Assembly (NCBI GenBank): GCA_902787125.1
Contig: CADAEX010000003.1
Coordinates: 1-48,154 of the forward strand
Source of the DNA: an uncultured Spirochaetaceae bacterium
Lineage (GTDB): Bacteria > Spirochaetota > Spirochaetia > CADAEX01
Reading direction: 5' to 3'
DNA: 48,154 nt
Shown here piece after piece: positions 1 through 10,811 of this stretch. A program made the translations under genes and the position numbers. The notes beneath the pieces were generated by a model. That model saw nothing but the letters and a program-made list of their open reading frames with translations, ran no database searches and had not been told where the DNA came from. How positions within the stretch are numbered: the stretch's first letter is position 1; the number at the start of each line of letters is the position of its first letter.

Positions 1-1
1 A

Positions 2-247
2 TCTGACATCGAGCACAGCCTGCGTGACGAGTTTGCCACATACTACGACCAGAGCGGAGCTATCGGCCGCCGGTACAGAAGACAGGATGAGGTTGGAACT
101 CCATACTGTATCACAGTTGACTACCAGACCAAGGAAGACAACACAGTCACCCTGCGGTTCCGTGACTCCATGGAACAGGTCCGGGTCAAGATTGACGAGA
201 TTCCTGCATTCATCCGGAAGGCAGACAAAGAATATAAGAGAGTATGA
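2..247 (+). CDS. glyQS: glycine--tRNA ligase (dimeric class II GlyQS type), C-terminal fragment entering from the left edge
   Basis: Frame 2 is open from the window edge to TGA at 245-247. The translation [62 protein letters not shown]... matches the conserved end of the GlyRS anticodon-binding domain. The stop overlaps the tyrS ATG (GTATGA). It is absent from the ORF track because it has no start in the window. Confidence 0.8.
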   Translation, partial: SDIEHSLRDEFATYYDQSGAIGRRYRRQDEVGTPYCITVDYQTKEDNTVTLRFRDSMEQVRVKIDEIPAFIRKADKEYKRV

Positions 248-1467
248 CCATGAACAAAGCGCTTGAAGTACTTAAATCCAGAGGTTTTTTCCAGCAGTGC
301 ACAGATGTTGACGGTCTTTCGGCCCTTATGGACAAAGGTTCTGTCACCTTCTATGTAGGTTGCGACCCCACAGGCCCAAGCCTCCATATAGGCCACATGA
401 TTCCATTCTTCGCCCTCCGGCATCTTAGGAATATGGGACACCATGGTATAGCCCTGGTGGGCGGCGGCACTGCCCGTATCGGCGACCCCTCAGGCAAGAC
501 CGAGATGCGGAAGATGCTCTCCTACGATGTGCTGGACCAGAACACAGAATGCATCAAGAAGCAGCTGGACAAGTTTATAGGCTTCGACAATAAGACTGCA
601 TATTCTGCCAACAACAAGGACTGGCTGGCAGACCTGAACTATATCGACTTCCTCCGGGAGATCGGTTCCCAGTTCTCTGTGAACAAGATGCTCACCTTCG
701 AATCCTACCGGAAGAGGATGGAGACAGGTCTTTCCTTCATCGAGTTCAACTATCAGCTTCTTCAGAGCTACGACTATCTGATGCTCCACAGGAAATACAA
801 TGCATGCCTCCAGATCGGCGGTGACGACCAGTGGGGCAACATTGTTGCAGGTATCGACCTTATCCGCCGTCTTACAGGGGACGAGGCCTACGGTCTCACA
901 TTCCCTCTGGTTACAAGAGCAGACGGACAGAAGATGGGCAAGAGCGAGAAGGGTGCTATCTTCCTGGATCCTGAGCTTACCCCTGTATACGACTTCTTCC
1001 AGTACTGGAGAAATGTCAACGACCCGGATGTGGAGAAGTTCTTCAAGCTCTTCACCTTCCTGCCTCTTGAGGAGATTGACCAGATCTGCAAAGGAGACAT
1101 CAACGCTGCCAAGGAGCGGCTGGCCTACGAAGTCACCGCCCTTATCCACAGCAAGGAAGAGGCTGACAAGGCCCTTTCCGGAGCACGGGCTGCATTCAGC
1201 GGCGCCGGCAACAAGGAGCATATGCCTACAGTTGAGATTCCAAAGGCTGACTTTGAGGCTGGAATAGGCATTGTAGACCTGTTCTTCAAGGCAGTGGGGG
1301 GCACCAAGAGCGATGCCCGCCGGCTGGTGGAGCAGGGTGGTGCAGTGGTTGCCGACAAGAACATCCGCGATGTGAAGGCTGTGATCGGCGCCGATGTGCT
1401 TGATGCTGACGGTGAGGTTGTCATCAAGGCAGGCAAGAAGAAGATGTTCCGTGTGGTGACAAAGTAA
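244..1467 (+). CDS. tyrS: tyrosine--tRNA ligase
   Basis: 407 aa. It has the class I HIGH motif ([11 protein letters not shown]), a KMSKS-type loop (KMGKSEKG) and a C-terminal S4-like domain ([14 protein letters not shown]). Confidence 0.95.
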   Translation: MTMNKALEVLKSRGFFQQCTDVDGLSALMDKGSVTFYVGCDPTGPSLHIGHMIPFFALRHLRNMGHHGIALVGGGTARIGDPSGKTEMRKMLSYDVLDQNTECIKKQLDKFIGFDNKTAYSANNKDWLADLNYIDFLREIGSQFSVNKMLTFESYRKRMETGLSFIEFNYQLLQSYDYLMLHRKYNACLQIGGDDQWGNIVAGIDLIRRLTGDEAYGLTFPLVTRADGQKMGKSEKGAIFLDPELTPVYDFFQYWRNVNDPDVEKFFKLFTFLPLEEIDQICKGDINAAKERLAYEVTALIHSKEEADKALSGARAAFSGAGNKEHMPTVEIPKADFEAGIGIVDLFFKAVGGTKSDARRLVEQGGAVVADKNIRDVKAVIGADVLDADGEVVIKAGKKKMFRVVTK

Positions 1468-1504
1468 ACTTGTCATCCTGATTATTTCCAGTGATTCTTT
1501 ATAA

Positions 1505-1534
1505 ACACCCTGTAACCGCAGGGTGTTTTTTTTT
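1505..1534 (+). terminator. rho-independent terminator after tyrS
   Basis: Stem ACACCCTG (1505-1512), loop TAACCG, stem CAGGGTGT (1519-1526), then a T8 run (1527-1534). Confidence 0.8.
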
Positions 1535-1595
1535 GTTTGACTTTATAGATGAATCAGACGATAATTAATATAGAAAAAAGTGTAAGGAGCTGACC

Positions 1596-1886
1596 ATGGC
1601 TGAAACTACAGATAAGAGCAAAACAAAGAAAGTTATTCTTTTTATCATTGCAGTTATCATTATTATACTTGCATGCCTTTACGGATGCATAGCAAAGGGC
1701 AAGAGTGCACCATCCGCACAGGCAACAGAAGTTTCTCAGCCAGCCCAGGCTTCAATAGAGTCTGCCGCACCGGCTCAGCCAGCTCCGGCACCTGCACCGG
1801 CTAAACCTGCAGAGCCTGCTGCACCGGCACCTCAGCAGTCTATCTTCCCGGATAACAGTGCTGACTCACCTGTGACTGAGAAATAA
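1596..1886 (+). CDS. small membrane-anchored protein with a Pro/Ala-rich tail (hypothetical)
   Basis: 96 aa. It has an N-terminal TM helix (VILFIIAVIIIILACLYGCIA) followed by low-complexity PAQPAPAPAPAKPAEPAAPAPQ. An AAGGAG RBS lies 7 nt upstream. Confidence 0.55.
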   Translation: MAETTDKSKTKKVILFIIAVIIIILACLYGCIAKGKSAPSAQATEVSQPAQASIESAAPAQPAPAPAPAKPAEPAAPAPQQSIFPDNSADSPVTEK

Positions 1887-1956
1887 AAACACTATATTTA
1901 CAAACATTTATACTTATGCTAATTTAAAGAGAAGACTATTATATTAAGGAGACTTT

Positions 1957-2700
1957 ATGTCCGGTCATAGCAAATGGGCAAGTATCAAGCATAAAAAAGG
2001 TGCTGCAGACGCAAAGCGCGGTCAGATCTTCACAAAGATCATCAAGGAAATTACAGTAGCTGCCAAGATGGGCGGCGGCGATGAAGAGGGAAATGCACGG
2101 CTGAGGACTGCCATCCTTAAGGCAAAAGCAGCCAACATGCCTAAAGACAACATCGACAAAGCTATCAAGAAAGGTACAGGAGAGCTTGAAGGTGTTGAAT
2201 ATGTAGAACTTCAGTACGAAGGCTACGGTCCGGGCGGAATCGCACTTCTTATCGAAACACTTACAGATAATAAGAACAGAACAGCAGCAGATGTTAAGAG
2301 CGTTCTTGGAAAAGGCGGCGGAAACCTGGGAACTCCGGGAAGTGTATCCCACCTGTTCAAGAGGGAAGGAATCATCTGCTTCGATGCTTCCAAATATACA
2401 GAGGATGCAGTTCTTGAGGCAGCTCTTGAGGCTGGCGCAGAAGATGTTGCCACCGAAGATGATGAGATTGTTGTAAAGACATCCCCAGAGGATTTCATGA
2501 CAGTTCTCGATGCTCTCAATAAGGCTGGATTCGAGCAGACATCTGCCGAGATTGAGCGGAATGCCATGATGCTGAAGACTCTGGACAAGGAAAAGACAGA
2601 GAAAGTTCTTAAGCTGGTTGAGCGTCTTGAGGAACTTGATGATGTCCAGGAAGTTTCACATGACCTGGATGTTCCAGACGATTTCGAGCTGGACGACTGA
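1957..2700 (+). CDS. yebC: YebC/PmpR family DNA-binding transcriptional regulator
   Basis: 247 aa. The N-terminus MSGHSKWASIKHKKGAADAKRG is the family signature. It sits in the conserved position directly upstream of ruvC. Confidence 0.93.
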   Translation: MSGHSKWASIKHKKGAADAKRGQIFTKIIKEITVAAKMGGGDEEGNARLRTAILKAKAANMPKDNIDKAIKKGTGELEGVEYVELQYEGYGPGGIALLIETLTDNKNRTAADVKSVLGKGGGNLGTPGSVSHLFKREGIICFDASKYTEDAVLEAALEAGAEDVATEDDEIVVKTSPEDFMTVLDALNKAGFEQTSAEIERNAMMLKTLDKEKTEKVLKLVERLEELDDVQEVSHDLDVPDDFELDD

Positions 2701-2705
2701 ACTTC

Positions 2706-3188
2706 GTGAGAATTATCGGAATCGATCCGGGACTTGCATCTACAGGCTTTGGCATCATAGAGACTGTGGGTAATAAAATAAAATATGTTGCACATGGGGT
2801 CATCAAGACCTCGCCGGAAAAGCCGCTTGGAGAGCGGCTTTTTCACATTTATCAGGACCTTAACCAGGTCATTGATATGTACAAGCCGGAAGAGGGCGGC
2901 ATAGAGGCCCTTTTCTTTGCCAAGAACATAACCAGTGCACTTCCGGTGGCTCATGCCAAAGGTGTTGTCCATCTGGTTTTTGCCCAGCACGGTATTCCGC
3001 TGGGGGAGTATACCCCTATAGTCATCAAGCGGGCTGTTGTAGGCGAGGGACGGGCCGAGAAAGGACAGGTTCAGGAGATGGTCAAGGTTATTCTTAATCT
3101 GGATAAGGTGCCACGGCCAGATCATGCGGCCGATGCACTTTCTGCAGCTATATGCCATGTAAACAACAGGAGTTTTGCCAATGTTTAA
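2706..3188 (+). CDS. ruvC: crossover junction endodeoxyribonuclease RuvC
   Basis: 160 aa with a GTG start. It contains RIIGIDPGLASTGFG (catalytic Asp) and the C-terminal DHAADALSAAICH motif. Confidence 0.9.
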   Translation: MRIIGIDPGLASTGFGIIETVGNKIKYVAHGVIKTSPEKPLGERLFHIYQDLNQVIDMYKPEEGGIEALFFAKNITSALPVAHAKGVVHLVFAQHGIPLGEYTPIVIKRAVVGEGRAEKGQVQEMVKVILNLDKVPRPDHAADALSAAICHVNNRSFANV

Positions 3189-3786
3189 CAGTTTAAGCGG
3201 AACCCTTACATACAAGGGAATAGACAATATCTATCTTTTGAATTCCTGCGGCATAGAGTGGGATATCACAGTATCTGCCAAGACACTTCAGGCACTTCCG
3301 CCAGTGGGGGATGAGTGTCAGGTCTACACCTACTACCTGCACACCGAGAACATGGTCAAGCTTTACGGATTTTTCTCAAAGGATGAGCGCACCTTCTTCC
3401 TTGAGCTTAACAAGGTCAACGGAATAGGGCCTAAACAGGCAATGAAGATGCTCTCCTCCATATCTGCAAAACAGATGTCAGAGGCTCTGGACAAGGATGA
3501 TGTGGCTCTTCTGTCAGGTATCCCCGGTGTCGGCAAGAAGACAGCCCAGAAGCTTATGCTGGCCATGCGTGGCAAGCTGGTCATGGACGAGGAGATTGCA
3601 GCTGCACCTGCCGGAAATCCAAAGTTTGCAGATATAGTGAATGCTCTTTCCGATATGGGCTTTGATTATAAAAAGGCTCATAAGGCAGTGGAGGAAGTGG
3701 CCAAGAGTTCCGATATTATGAATATGAAGGACGATGAGCGCGAGAAAGAGATATTCAAGCGTGCCATTGTATTGCTGAGCACATGA
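3181..3786 (+). CDS. ruvA: Holliday junction branch migration complex subunit RuvA
   Basis: The ATG at 3181 (MFNSLSGTL...) overlaps the ruvC stop. The ORF-track start at 3175 is a TTG two codons upstream. The helix-hairpin-helix region is [16 protein letters not shown] / [15 protein letters not shown]. Confidence 0.9.
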   Translation: MFNSLSGTLTYKGIDNIYLLNSCGIEWDITVSAKTLQALPPVGDECQVYTYYLHTENMVKLYGFFSKDERTFFLELNKVNGIGPKQAMKMLSSISAKQMSEALDKDDVALLSGIPGVGKKTAQKLMLAMRGKLVMDEEIAAAPAGNPKFADIVNALSDMGFDYKKAHKAVEEVAKSSDIMNMKDDEREKEIFKRAIVLLST

Positions 3787-4814
3787 TAGAGACAGAGAAC
3801 AACGATATTTTATCTGGCGAGATTATAGCGGAGGACAAGAAGGACTTTGCCCTTCGGCCTCAGACTCTTGACGACTTCCAGGGACAGAAAGCTCTTAAGG
3901 AGAATCTTAAGATATTCCTCAAGGCTGCAAAGGCCCGGGGTGAGAGCCTGGACCATGTATTCTTAAGCGGCCCTCCGGGACTTGGAAAGACTACACTGGC
4001 AGGCATCATTGCCCACGAGATGGGAGCTGAGTTCAAGGTTACAAGCGCACCTGCTCTGGACAAACCTAAGGATCTTGCAGGTCTTCTGACCACTATCTCT
4101 CCGAATACTGTCTTCTTTATTGATGAGATCCACCGTCTTAAACCGGCCATAGAGGAGATGCTCTATGTTGCCATGGAGGACTTCGAACTTGACTGGGTGA
4201 TCGGACAGGGACCCTCTGCCCGTTCAATCCGTCTTCCTATCCCCCCTTTCACACTGGTGGGGGCCACCACAAAAAGCGGCAATGTATCAAGCCCTCTCTT
4301 CAGCCGTTTCGGTATAAATATCAGGATGAACCTTTATGAGAAGGATGAGATTATCGACATCCTTACCCGTTCTTCCGCCATTCTTGATATCAAGATAGAA
4401 AAGAGCGCCATGAATGTGCTGGCTACCTGCTGCCGGGGAACACCCCGTGTGGCAAACAGGATCCTGCGCCGTATGCGTGACTTTGCCCAGATCTATGGTG
4501 ATGATGTCATAACTTTAGAGACTGTCAAGTTCGGTCTCGGCAAGCTGGAGATAGACGAGATGGGTCTTGAGGCCCATGACCGGGAGCTGCTGCGTGCCAT
4601 AATCGAGAAGTATGGCGGAGGCCCGGTGGGTGCCGATACTCTGGCCATTACAATAGGGGAATCCACCGAGACATTAGAGGATTTCTACGAGCCATATCTG
4701 ATTCAGCAGGGCTTTATCCAGCGTACCCCCCGGGGGCGTGTGGCAACCCCTGCAGCATACAAGCACCTTGGCCTTGAGGCTCAGCTTAATGAAGACCAGC
4801 GACTTTTCCTTTGA
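3783..4814 (+). CDS. ruvB: Holliday junction branch migration DNA helicase RuvB
   Basis: 343 aa. Walker A is GPPGLGKTT and Walker B is FFIDEIHRL, followed by [13 protein letters not shown]. There is a 4-nt overlap with ruvA. Confidence 0.95.
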   Translation: MIETENNDILSGEIIAEDKKDFALRPQTLDDFQGQKALKENLKIFLKAAKARGESLDHVFLSGPPGLGKTTLAGIIAHEMGAEFKVTSAPALDKPKDLAGLLTTISPNTVFFIDEIHRLKPAIEEMLYVAMEDFELDWVIGQGPSARSIRLPIPPFTLVGATTKSGNVSSPLFSRFGINIRMNLYEKDEIIDILTRSSAILDIKIEKSAMNVLATCCRGTPRVANRILRRMRDFAQIYGDDVITLETVKFGLGKLEIDEMGLEAHDRELLRAIIEKYGGGPVGADTLAITIGESTETLEDFYEPYLIQQGFIQRTPRGRVATPAAYKHLGLEAQLNEDQRLFL

Positions 4815-5805
4815 CCTTCCCAATGAGCTTATAGCCCAGTATCCTCCTGAGGTGCGGGGTACCTCCCGCATGATGGTGCTGGACCGGACAGCAGGCACAT
4901 ACCAGGACCGCAATATTAAAGACATAGTGGACTACTTCGGTCCCGACGACGTCATGGTGGTCAATAACACCAGGGTGCGCAAGGCCCGCCTTTACGGCAC
5001 CAGCCCCACAGGAGGGAAGGTTGAGTTCTTTCTTCTGCATCCACTGGACACCAGATGCTGGAGCGTCATCTGCAAGAAAAGCCGCAAGCAGACAGTAGGC
5101 AAGACCTATGATTTTCCAGGTGGTGTGACTGGCTCAATTGTGCAGGACGACGGCGACTCCAAGGTGCTGGAATTCAGTGTCTCAATCGATGACACATATC
5201 TTGATGCCAATGCCCATGTCCCGCTGCCACCGTACATAAAGCGGAGCGACGAGGAGGCAGACTCGGAGCGCTACCAGACAATCTATGCCAAGGAGCTGGG
5301 TTCGGTGGCAGCCCCCACCGCAGGGCTCCACTTTACAGATGAAATCCTGGATAAGATACGCAGTAAGGGGACACAGATACTGGAGGTGACACTCCATGTG
5401 GGAGCCGGCACCTTCTTCCCGGTACGCACCGAGAATATAGAAGACCACAAGATGCATACCGAAGCCTACACCATATCCCGGGATGTAGCCGATGCCCTCA
5501 ACCAGGCCAAGGCCGCCGGGAAGAAGATCACTGCGGTGGGGACCACATCCATGCGCACTCTTGAATCGGCCTGCTCCGGAGGCCTCATGCCGGCCGGCAG
5601 CAGCTCCACATCCATATTCATATACCCAGGTTACCAGTTCAAGTTTGTGGATAGGCTGTTCACCAACTTCCATACCCCGGAATCAACTCTGCTTATGCTT
5701 GTCTCTGCCTTTGCCGGCCGGGACCTGATAATGCGCGCCTATAAACATGCTGTAGAGGAGAGATACCGCTTCTTCTCCTATGGCGACTGTATGATCATCC
5801 TTTGA
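4789..5805 (+). CDS. queA: tRNA preQ1(34) S-adenosylmethionine ribosyltransferase-isomerase
   Basis: The conserved N-terminus [19 protein letters not shown] begins at ATG 4789. The ORF-track start at 4738 adds 17 non-conserved residues. It also contains [11 protein letters not shown] and the C-terminal FFSYGD. Confidence 0.9.
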   Translation: MKTSDFSFDLPNELIAQYPPEVRGTSRMMVLDRTAGTYQDRNIKDIVDYFGPDDVMVVNNTRVRKARLYGTSPTGGKVEFFLLHPLDTRCWSVICKKSRKQTVGKTYDFPGGVTGSIVQDDGDSKVLEFSVSIDDTYLDANAHVPLPPYIKRSDEEADSERYQTIYAKELGSVAAPTAGLHFTDEILDKIRSKGTQILEVTLHVGAGTFFPVRTENIEDHKMHTEAYTISRDVADALNQAKAAGKKITAVGTTSMRTLESACSGGLMPAGSSSTSIFIYPGYQFKFVDRLFTNFHTPESTLLMLVSAFAGRDLIMRAYKHAVEERYRFFSYGDCMIIL

Positions 5806-5918
5806 TCATCTTCTCAAACTCTCAGGAAAATGCTATACTATAAATGATCTCCTCCGTATGGCAGGAGCATAATATCTGATTGGAAAGCTTAGTGCTGACC
5901 ATAAAGAGAGGAAAAGCA

Positions 5919-6872
5919 ATGAAAAAATTTTTATGTCTCATCCTTTGTGCAGTCATTGCAGTATCTGCATTTGCATCTGGAAAAAAAGAAGAACAGCAGC
6001 TTAAAGAGATAAACATCTCCTATGTCCGCTCACCCTTCAACCTCCCGCTCATCATCATGAAGGAGAAGGGAATGGCTGAAAAAGCTTTCGGGGAGAAGGG
6101 AATCAAGGTCAACTATTATGAGATCACCTCTGGTGCCAAGCAGACCGAGGCTATTGCAGCAGGAAGCCTTGATATCGCATCTGTGATCAACTCTGTATCT
6201 GTAATCCTGGCCAATGCTGCCGGCAACCCTGTTGAGATATTCTCTGGTTTCAGCAAACCGGAGCAGATGTTCACCATCATGACCACCAACCCTGATGTGA
6301 AGACACCTGCCGACCTTAAGGGAAAGAAGGTGGCCGGTCCTAAGGGAACAGTGCTCAACGAGCTTCTGGTGGCTGCTCTTAACAAAGAGGGGATGACCCT
6401 TGATGATATTGAATACATAAATATGGGTATTCCTAACGCTGTGCAGGCAATGCTCTCAGGCAAGGTGGACTGTGCTCTGGCTGCCGCCGCTTCTGTAGTT
6501 GCTGCCGAGAAGAACGGTGCAAGAATCCTGGTTACCTGCGAAGGCTATGTAAGTCCGCTCCTTATCTCAGCCTGCTCAAAGGACTTTGCCGCCAATCATC
6601 CTGCAATGCTCAAGATTTACACCGACACATATAAGGAAGCTGTTAAGTGGATGAATGCCAATATGGAAGAGGCTCTTGTCCTTGGTGCCAAGGTACAGGA
6701 TATCTCTATGGAAGATGCCAGGAAGCTCTTTGCCTGGAGCAACTTTACCGATCATCTGACCGATGCAGACCTTGATGCTCTTGAGTATGATGTTAACTTT
6801 ATGGTTGATACCGGTATGATTGAGAAACACATTGACAAAAAAGACTTTGTCAACAGAATGGCTTTGAAATAA
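5919..6872 (+). CDS. ABC-transporter substrate-binding lipoprotein, NMT1/SsuA/ThiY-like family
   Basis: The start at ATG 5919 (MKKFLCLILCAVIAVSAFASG) gives a signal peptide, with GAGAGGAAAAG upstream as RBS. The body resembles periplasmic NMT1/THI5-like binding proteins. No permease or ATPase gene is adjacent. Confidence 0.7.
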   Translation: MKKFLCLILCAVIAVSAFASGKKEEQQLKEINISYVRSPFNLPLIIMKEKGMAEKAFGEKGIKVNYYEITSGAKQTEAIAAGSLDIASVINSVSVILANAAGNPVEIFSGFSKPEQMFTIMTTNPDVKTPADLKGKKVAGPKGTVLNELLVAALNKEGMTLDDIEYINMGIPNAVQAMLSGKVDCALAAAASVVAAEKNGARILVTCEGYVSPLLISACSKDFAANHPAMLKIYTDTYKEAVKWMNANMEEALVLGAKVQDISMEDARKLFAWSNFTDHLTDADLDALEYDVNFMVDTGMIEKHIDKKDFVNRMALK

Positions 6873-6894
6873 AGAGAACTGGAAGTTAAGCTCA

Positions 6895-6924
6895 AGAGGT
6901 CAGCTTCGGCTGGCCTCTGTTTTT
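6895..6924 (+). terminator. rho-independent terminator after the binding-protein gene
   Basis: Stem AGAGGTCAGC, loop TTCG, stem GCTGGCCTCT (one G-T pair), then GTTTTT. The hairpin overlaps the last codons of the convergent minus-strand gene. Confidence 0.6.
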
Positions 6925-7412
6925 CTGGCAACCTCCACATAGTGCTTCGGATGGGCATGGAGGCCTGCCACCTCTGCATCGGTAAGCTGCCGAACCGCTT
7001 TTGCCGGGCTTCCTATTATCATGGAACGGGGAGGGAATACTTTATCTTTGGTAACCAGAGCACAGGCTCCTACAATGGATTCATGACCTATCACAGCACC
7101 GTCAAGAACAGTGGCTCCCATTCCTATAAGACAGTTGTCCTCAACAGTGCAGCCGTGAAGAATAACCCCATGGCCTACAGTCACGTTATCTCCCACAGTG
7201 CAGGGGGTTCCTTCTGAGGTGTGCAGAATGCAAAGATCCTGTATATTGCTTCCTTTTCCCACAGTTATAGGCTCAATATCGCCCCGGAGGACAGCGCCGT
7301 ACCAGATGTTTGCATCTTCCTTGATAATCACATTGCCGGTTATAACTGCATTATCTGCAATAAATGCAGGCTTTTCGACCTTCGGCTCAATACCATTAAA
7401 TTTTGCTATCAT
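6900..7412 (-). CDS. gamma-carbonic-anhydrase-like / left-handed beta-helix (hexapeptide repeat) protein
   Basis: 170 aa. It contains IADNAVITGNVIIKEDANIWYGAVLRGD and GHGVILHGCTVEDNCLIGMGATVLDGAVIG, typical of the YrdA/PaaY gamma-CA family. Confidence 0.85.
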   Translation of the reverse strand: MIAKFNGIEPKVEKPAFIADNAVITGNVIIKEDANIWYGAVLRGDIEPITVGKGSNIQDLCILHTSEGTPCTVGDNVTVGHGVILHGCTVEDNCLIGMGATVLDGAVIGHESIVGACALVTKDKVFPPRSMIIGSPAKAVRQLTDAEVAGLHAHPKHYVEVARKTEASRS

Positions 7413-7451
7413 TTTGCCCTCCTGGCTAAATAATTGTAATATTTTTATGTA

Positions 7452-7480
7452 TTAACACAATTATTTTATTATGCTATAAT
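7452..7480 (+). promoter_or_regulatory. sigma70-like promoter for the AI-2E transporter gene
   Basis: TTAACA (7452-7457), a 17-nt spacer, then TATAAT (7475-7480). The region is AT-rich, so chance matches are possible. Confidence 0.45.
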
Positions 7481-7526
7481 TATATTTTGGATGAATAGTA
7501 ACAGTTTTAACAGAAAAGATAAAGCT

Positions 7527-8552
7527 ATGCACTCACTGTTTGTACTCCTGTTCCTTATCGGAGGCATTTTCTTTCTCAAGGCAACTGCGGCAGTCTTTGC
7601 TCCTCTTGTCTTTGCAGTGATGATAAGCTTCATGCTTTTCCCTGTGATGCAGCGGCTCGAGAGACTCCATATTCCCCGGGTCCTTGCAGTCACTATCATA
7701 ATGGTTGTCCTGGCGGTCATCCTCTATATCATTTTTGTGATCCTGCAGAACAGCTTCAACCTTTTCATGACCGATTATCCCCGTTATCTTAACCAGTTCC
7801 GGGATATATACTATGACATAACCAACAAGATCATGGAGAAATTCCAGCTGCAGGCAGCTCCTGATTTCTTTGCAGGAACCGACTGGAACAGGGTGGTTCA
7901 GAACTATGTCATAAGCCTTTCAAGCACATTCACCAAGATGGCAGGATATATCTTCCTTATCTTCATCTTCATGTTCTTCCTCTTCTTGGAATATCCGTAT
8001 CTTACACAGAAGATTTATCAGGCATTCAGCTTCAAGGAAGCCAAGAAGTTCACAATCATAAGTGCACGGATCCTTAAGCTGGTAGGACGCTATTTCATTG
8101 TAAAGACTGTAATCTCATTCTTCACCGGTCTTGAGGTCTATCTGGTTCTTACCCTCCTGAATGTGGATTTCCCGCTGGTATGGGGCGGTATAGCCTTTGT
8201 CCTCAACTTTGTCCCTACTGTCGGTTCTTCAGTAGTTGTAATCCTGATTTCTATCCAGGGAACAGTTCAGTTCTACCCGAATCTTTTCATGCCCACTCTG
8301 ATCTTCCTGCTCAACCTGGGAATTCAGCAGCTTATGGGTAACTTCATAGAGCCTCGTGTCCAGGGCTCCAACCTCAACTTAAGCCCAGTGCTTATCCTTA
8401 TCTCCTTGGCTTTCATGGCTTGGATGTGGGGAGCTGTAGGTGCCGTACTTGCAGTTCCTATAACTGTCATGCTCAGGGTTGTGTTCGGATACTTTGACTC
8501 CACCCGGTTCCTCAGCATTCTTATGAGCACGGGTTATTCCAAAAAGAAGTGA
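7527..8552 (+). CDS. AI-2E family (PerM/YhhT-like) transporter
   Basis: Polytopic membrane protein with the conserved C-terminal block NFVPTVGS...GNFIEPRV.G..LNLSPV..L.SL.FMAWMWG..GA.LAVP. The start is either ATG 7527 or ATG 7491. Confidence 0.8.
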   Translation: MHSLFVLLFLIGGIFFLKATAAVFAPLVFAVMISFMLFPVMQRLERLHIPRVLAVTIIMVVLAVILYIIFVILQNSFNLFMTDYPRYLNQFRDIYYDITNKIMEKFQLQAAPDFFAGTDWNRVVQNYVISLSSTFTKMAGYIFLIFIFMFFLFLEYPYLTQKIYQAFSFKEAKKFTIISARILKLVGRYFIVKTVISFFTGLEVYLVLTLLNVDFPLVWGGIAFVLNFVPTVGSSVVVILISIQGTVQFYPNLFMPTLIFLLNLGIQQLMGNFIEPRVQGSNLNLSPVLILISLAFMAWMWGAVGAVLAVPITVMLRVVFGYFDSTRFLSILMSTGYSKKK

Positions 8553-8564
8553 TGTGCTCAAGCA

Positions 8565-9104
8565 GTGAGTCATATCTGCCTTTACCTGTTCTGTGCCTTT
8601 TTTAAAATCTCTTTCTTTACGGTAGGAGGGGGACCTGTCATGCTTGCTGTCATGGATCAGGAGTTCCGGTGCCGCAAGAAGGTTCTTTCCGACAGCGAGA
8701 TGAATGATATTTTAGCCATCATCTATTCCATGCCGGGTGCAATAGGGGTCAATGCGGCCCTCAATATCGGTTATAAACTGGCGGGCAGAAAGGGTAGTGC
8801 CTGTGCCCTTGCCGGGGTCCTGATTCCTCCGGTTGCAATCATCCTTTTCATAACCACATTCATAGAGATGCTTAAGAATTCTCCTCTCACCGGGTACGCT
8901 TTCATCAGCATCCGGGCTGCAGTCACAGTATTCATAATCTATACTGTAGGCAATATGATGAAAAAAACTTTCCGCTGCTGGAAAGACATAGTTATAGGCC
9001 TTTTCGCTTTTTTGGCAGTGGAGTTTGTGGATCTTCCGGCTGTCTATGTGGTGGTTGCCTGCGGTATCTTGGGAATGCTTATGTACCGGGGGAATGAACA
9101 GTGA
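8565..9104 (+). CDS. chromate transporter (CHR) family protein, short-chain half 1
   Basis: 179 aa with a GTG start. It contains FFKISFFTVGGGPVMLAVM and the ...MPGAIGVNAA signature of CHR-family halves. Confidence 0.8.
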   Translation: MSHICLYLFCAFFKISFFTVGGGPVMLAVMDQEFRCRKKVLSDSEMNDILAIIYSMPGAIGVNAALNIGYKLAGRKGSACALAGVLIPPVAIILFITTFIEMLKNSPLTGYAFISIRAAVTVFIIYTVGNMMKKTFRCWKDIVIGLFAFLAVEFVDLPAVYVVVACGILGMLMYRGNEQ

Positions 9105-9517
9105 TTTACCTTATGCTCTACCTGGTGTTTGCAAAGATTGCTTTAGTGGCATTCGGAGGAGGTTATGCCAACCTGCCTATTATACAGTCTGAACTCTTAA
9201 GCCGGGGCTGGTGCACCGTTGAGCAGTTTGCTGACATTGTGGCCATAGCCCAGATGACACCGGGACCAGTAGTCATTAATACCGCAACCTATGTGGGCAA
9301 GACTCTTGCCGGTATCCCGGGTGGAATAATTGCAACCCTTGGTTTCATAACTCCTGCTGTCCTTATCACTGTGGCAATCTACTGTCTGGCAAAAAAACTT
9401 TCTTCTGTGGCATGGATCAGCCATGGAATAAGGGGAATCAGGGCTGGCGTGGCAGGACTTATACTTTGTGCTGTGATCTTTTTTATAGAAAATTCGGTTA
9501 TTATTGGAGGTCTTTAG
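9101..9517 (+). CDS. chromate transporter (CHR) family protein, short-chain half 2
   Basis: 138 aa with a 4-nt overlap with half 1. It contains FAKIALVAFGGGYANLPIIQ and ...AQMTPGPVVINTATYVG. Confidence 0.8.
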   Translation: MIYLMLYLVFAKIALVAFGGGYANLPIIQSELLSRGWCTVEQFADIVAIAQMTPGPVVINTATYVGKTLAGIPGGIIATLGFITPAVLITVAIYCLAKKLSSVAWISHGIRGIRAGVAGLILCAVIFFIENSVIIGGL

Positions 9518-10807
9518 TTGGATAAGTTAGCTGCCGAATTGAATGCGGTAATTGAGGACAAGCCTGTGTACCGGCTTTTGTCGGACCTGGGAAAAAGGAT
9601 GTATTTCCCAAAAGGAATCATCTCCCAGTCTGCAGAGGCCAAAAGAGATGCATATAAATACAATGCCACAATAGGAATGGCTATGGAGGATGGTCAGACT
9701 ATGTTTATTCCTTCCATGCGTAAACTGGTCAATGGTCTTTCTGCCACCGAAATGTTTGCCTATGCTCCTACAGCAGGACTTCCAGAGCTCCGGCAGATAT
9801 GGATGATGGAGATGATCAGGAAGAATCCTTCTCTTGTCAATAAGACTGTCTCCATGCCCATAATCACATCAGGCCTTACCCATGGCCTTTCCATAGTCTC
9901 AGATCTCTTTATCGATGAGAATGATGATGTTATCATCCCCAATATGTTCTGGGGAAACTATAAGCTTATCTTCAATGTGCTCCACAAGGCCAAGGTTGAT
10001 ACCTTTGCTCTCTTTGATGAGAACTACCACTTCAATGCCAATGCCATGGAGGAGACTATAAAGAGAATGGGGGAGAAGGTGGTTATTCTTCTTAACTTCC
10101 CTAACAATCCTACCGGCTATTCTCCCTCCACAGCAGATCAGCATCAGATTGTGCAGGCTCTGTTACGTCAGGCCGACTCAGGCAAGGATATTCTGGTTAT
10201 CTGCGACGACTCTTATTTCGGCCTTTTCTTCGAGAATGATATAGAGCATCAATCTATTTTTGCCTCTTTGTGTGATGCTCATGACAACATAACAGCAGTA
10301 AAGATTGACGGAGCCACCAAGGAGGAACTGGTGTGGGGATTCCGCACAGGCTTCATTACTTATGGCGGCAAAGCAATGGATGAGGCAGCCATATCAGTCA
10401 TTGAAAAGAAAATCATGGGTTCTATCCGCTCCACAGTCTCAACCTGTTCAACTATCTCCCAGAACATAATACTCAAGGGTATGAGAAGCATCACATATCA
10501 TCAGGAGAAAGCAGCTGTGGCAGCCAAGATGAAAGGACGCTATCTGCAGGTGCGCAAAGCTGTGGATTCCATGCCTTCTGATGTGCCTCTTGTGGCACTT
10601 CCGTTCAACTCCGGTTACTTCATGACCTTCGAAGTCAAGAAGATCGGTGCCGAGAATTTGCGTAAATACCTTCTTGAGCACTACGGAATAGGAACTATCT
10701 CCATAGGAGAGAAATATCTTCGTGTAGCTTTCTCCTCTGTTGATATAAACAATATCCACGACCTGTACGGGACGATATTCAAGGCTGCCAGGGAACTGGG
10801 GAGGTGA
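9518..10807 (+). CDS. PLP-dependent aminotransferase, class I/II fold
   Basis: 429 aa. The TTG start immediately follows the upstream stop, with GGAGG 8 nt upstream. It contains [14 protein letters not shown] and [10 protein letters not shown] motifs, with a candidate PLP lysine in IDGATKE. Confidence 0.8.
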   Translation: MDKLAAELNAVIEDKPVYRLLSDLGKRMYFPKGIISQSAEAKRDAYKYNATIGMAMEDGQTMFIPSMRKLVNGLSATEMFAYAPTAGLPELRQIWMMEMIRKNPSLVNKTVSMPIITSGLTHGLSIVSDLFIDENDDVIIPNMFWGNYKLIFNVLHKAKVDTFALFDENYHFNANAMEETIKRMGEKVVILLNFPNNPTGYSPSTADQHQIVQALLRQADSGKDILVICDDSYFGLFFENDIEHQSIFASLCDAHDNITAVKIDGATKEELVWGFRTGFITYGGKAMDEAAISVIEKKIMGSIRSTVSTCSTISQNIILKGMRSITYHQEKAAVAAKMKGRYLQVRKAVDSMPSDVPLVALPFNSGYFMTFEVKKIGAENLRKYLLEHYGIGTISIGEKYLRVAFSSVDINNIHDLYGTIFKAARELGR

Positions 10808-10811
10808 GAAA

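Noticed and set aside
24-266. ORF-track entry of 80 aa at the left edge.
   Set aside because: It is in the wrong frame. Frame 2 across the same bases gives a clean GlyRS C-terminus ending at 247, which explains the region.
490-1476. A 328-aa ORF antisense to tyrS. Similar long antisense ORFs lie at 2223-3227, 10881-11849, 14313-15053, 15482-16156, 19261-20316, 30976-31671 and 42587-43342.
   Set aside because: Each lies entirely opposite a gene with unmistakable conserved motifs. Their translations are low-complexity or Cys/His/Leu-rich with no recognisable domain. Long stop-free antisense frames are expected from the codon bias of the sense genes, so these are shadow ORFs.
1740-1830. Repeated GCACCGGC / CCAGC units suggesting a tandem DNA repeat.
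   Set aside because: The units are irregular and simply encode a Pro/Ala-rich low-complexity linker (PAQPAPAPAPAKPAEPAAPAP). This is not a structured tandem repeat or a CRISPR-like array.
5806-5918. Possible TPP or other riboswitch upstream of the NMT1/ThiY-like binding-protein gene.
   Set aside because: I looked for the conserved TPP elements (CUGAGA and ACCUGAUCUGGAUAAUGCCAGCG-like) and for extended helices. I found neither, so the 113-nt region looks like an ordinary promoter and leader.
8565-9517. Two adjacent short chromate-transporter ORFs that could be a frameshifted chrA pseudogene.
   Set aside because: Each half has its own complete CHR signature (GGG...MPG / GGG...TPGP) and start codon with a 4-nt coupling overlap. 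Paired short-chain CHR genes are a known natural arrangement.
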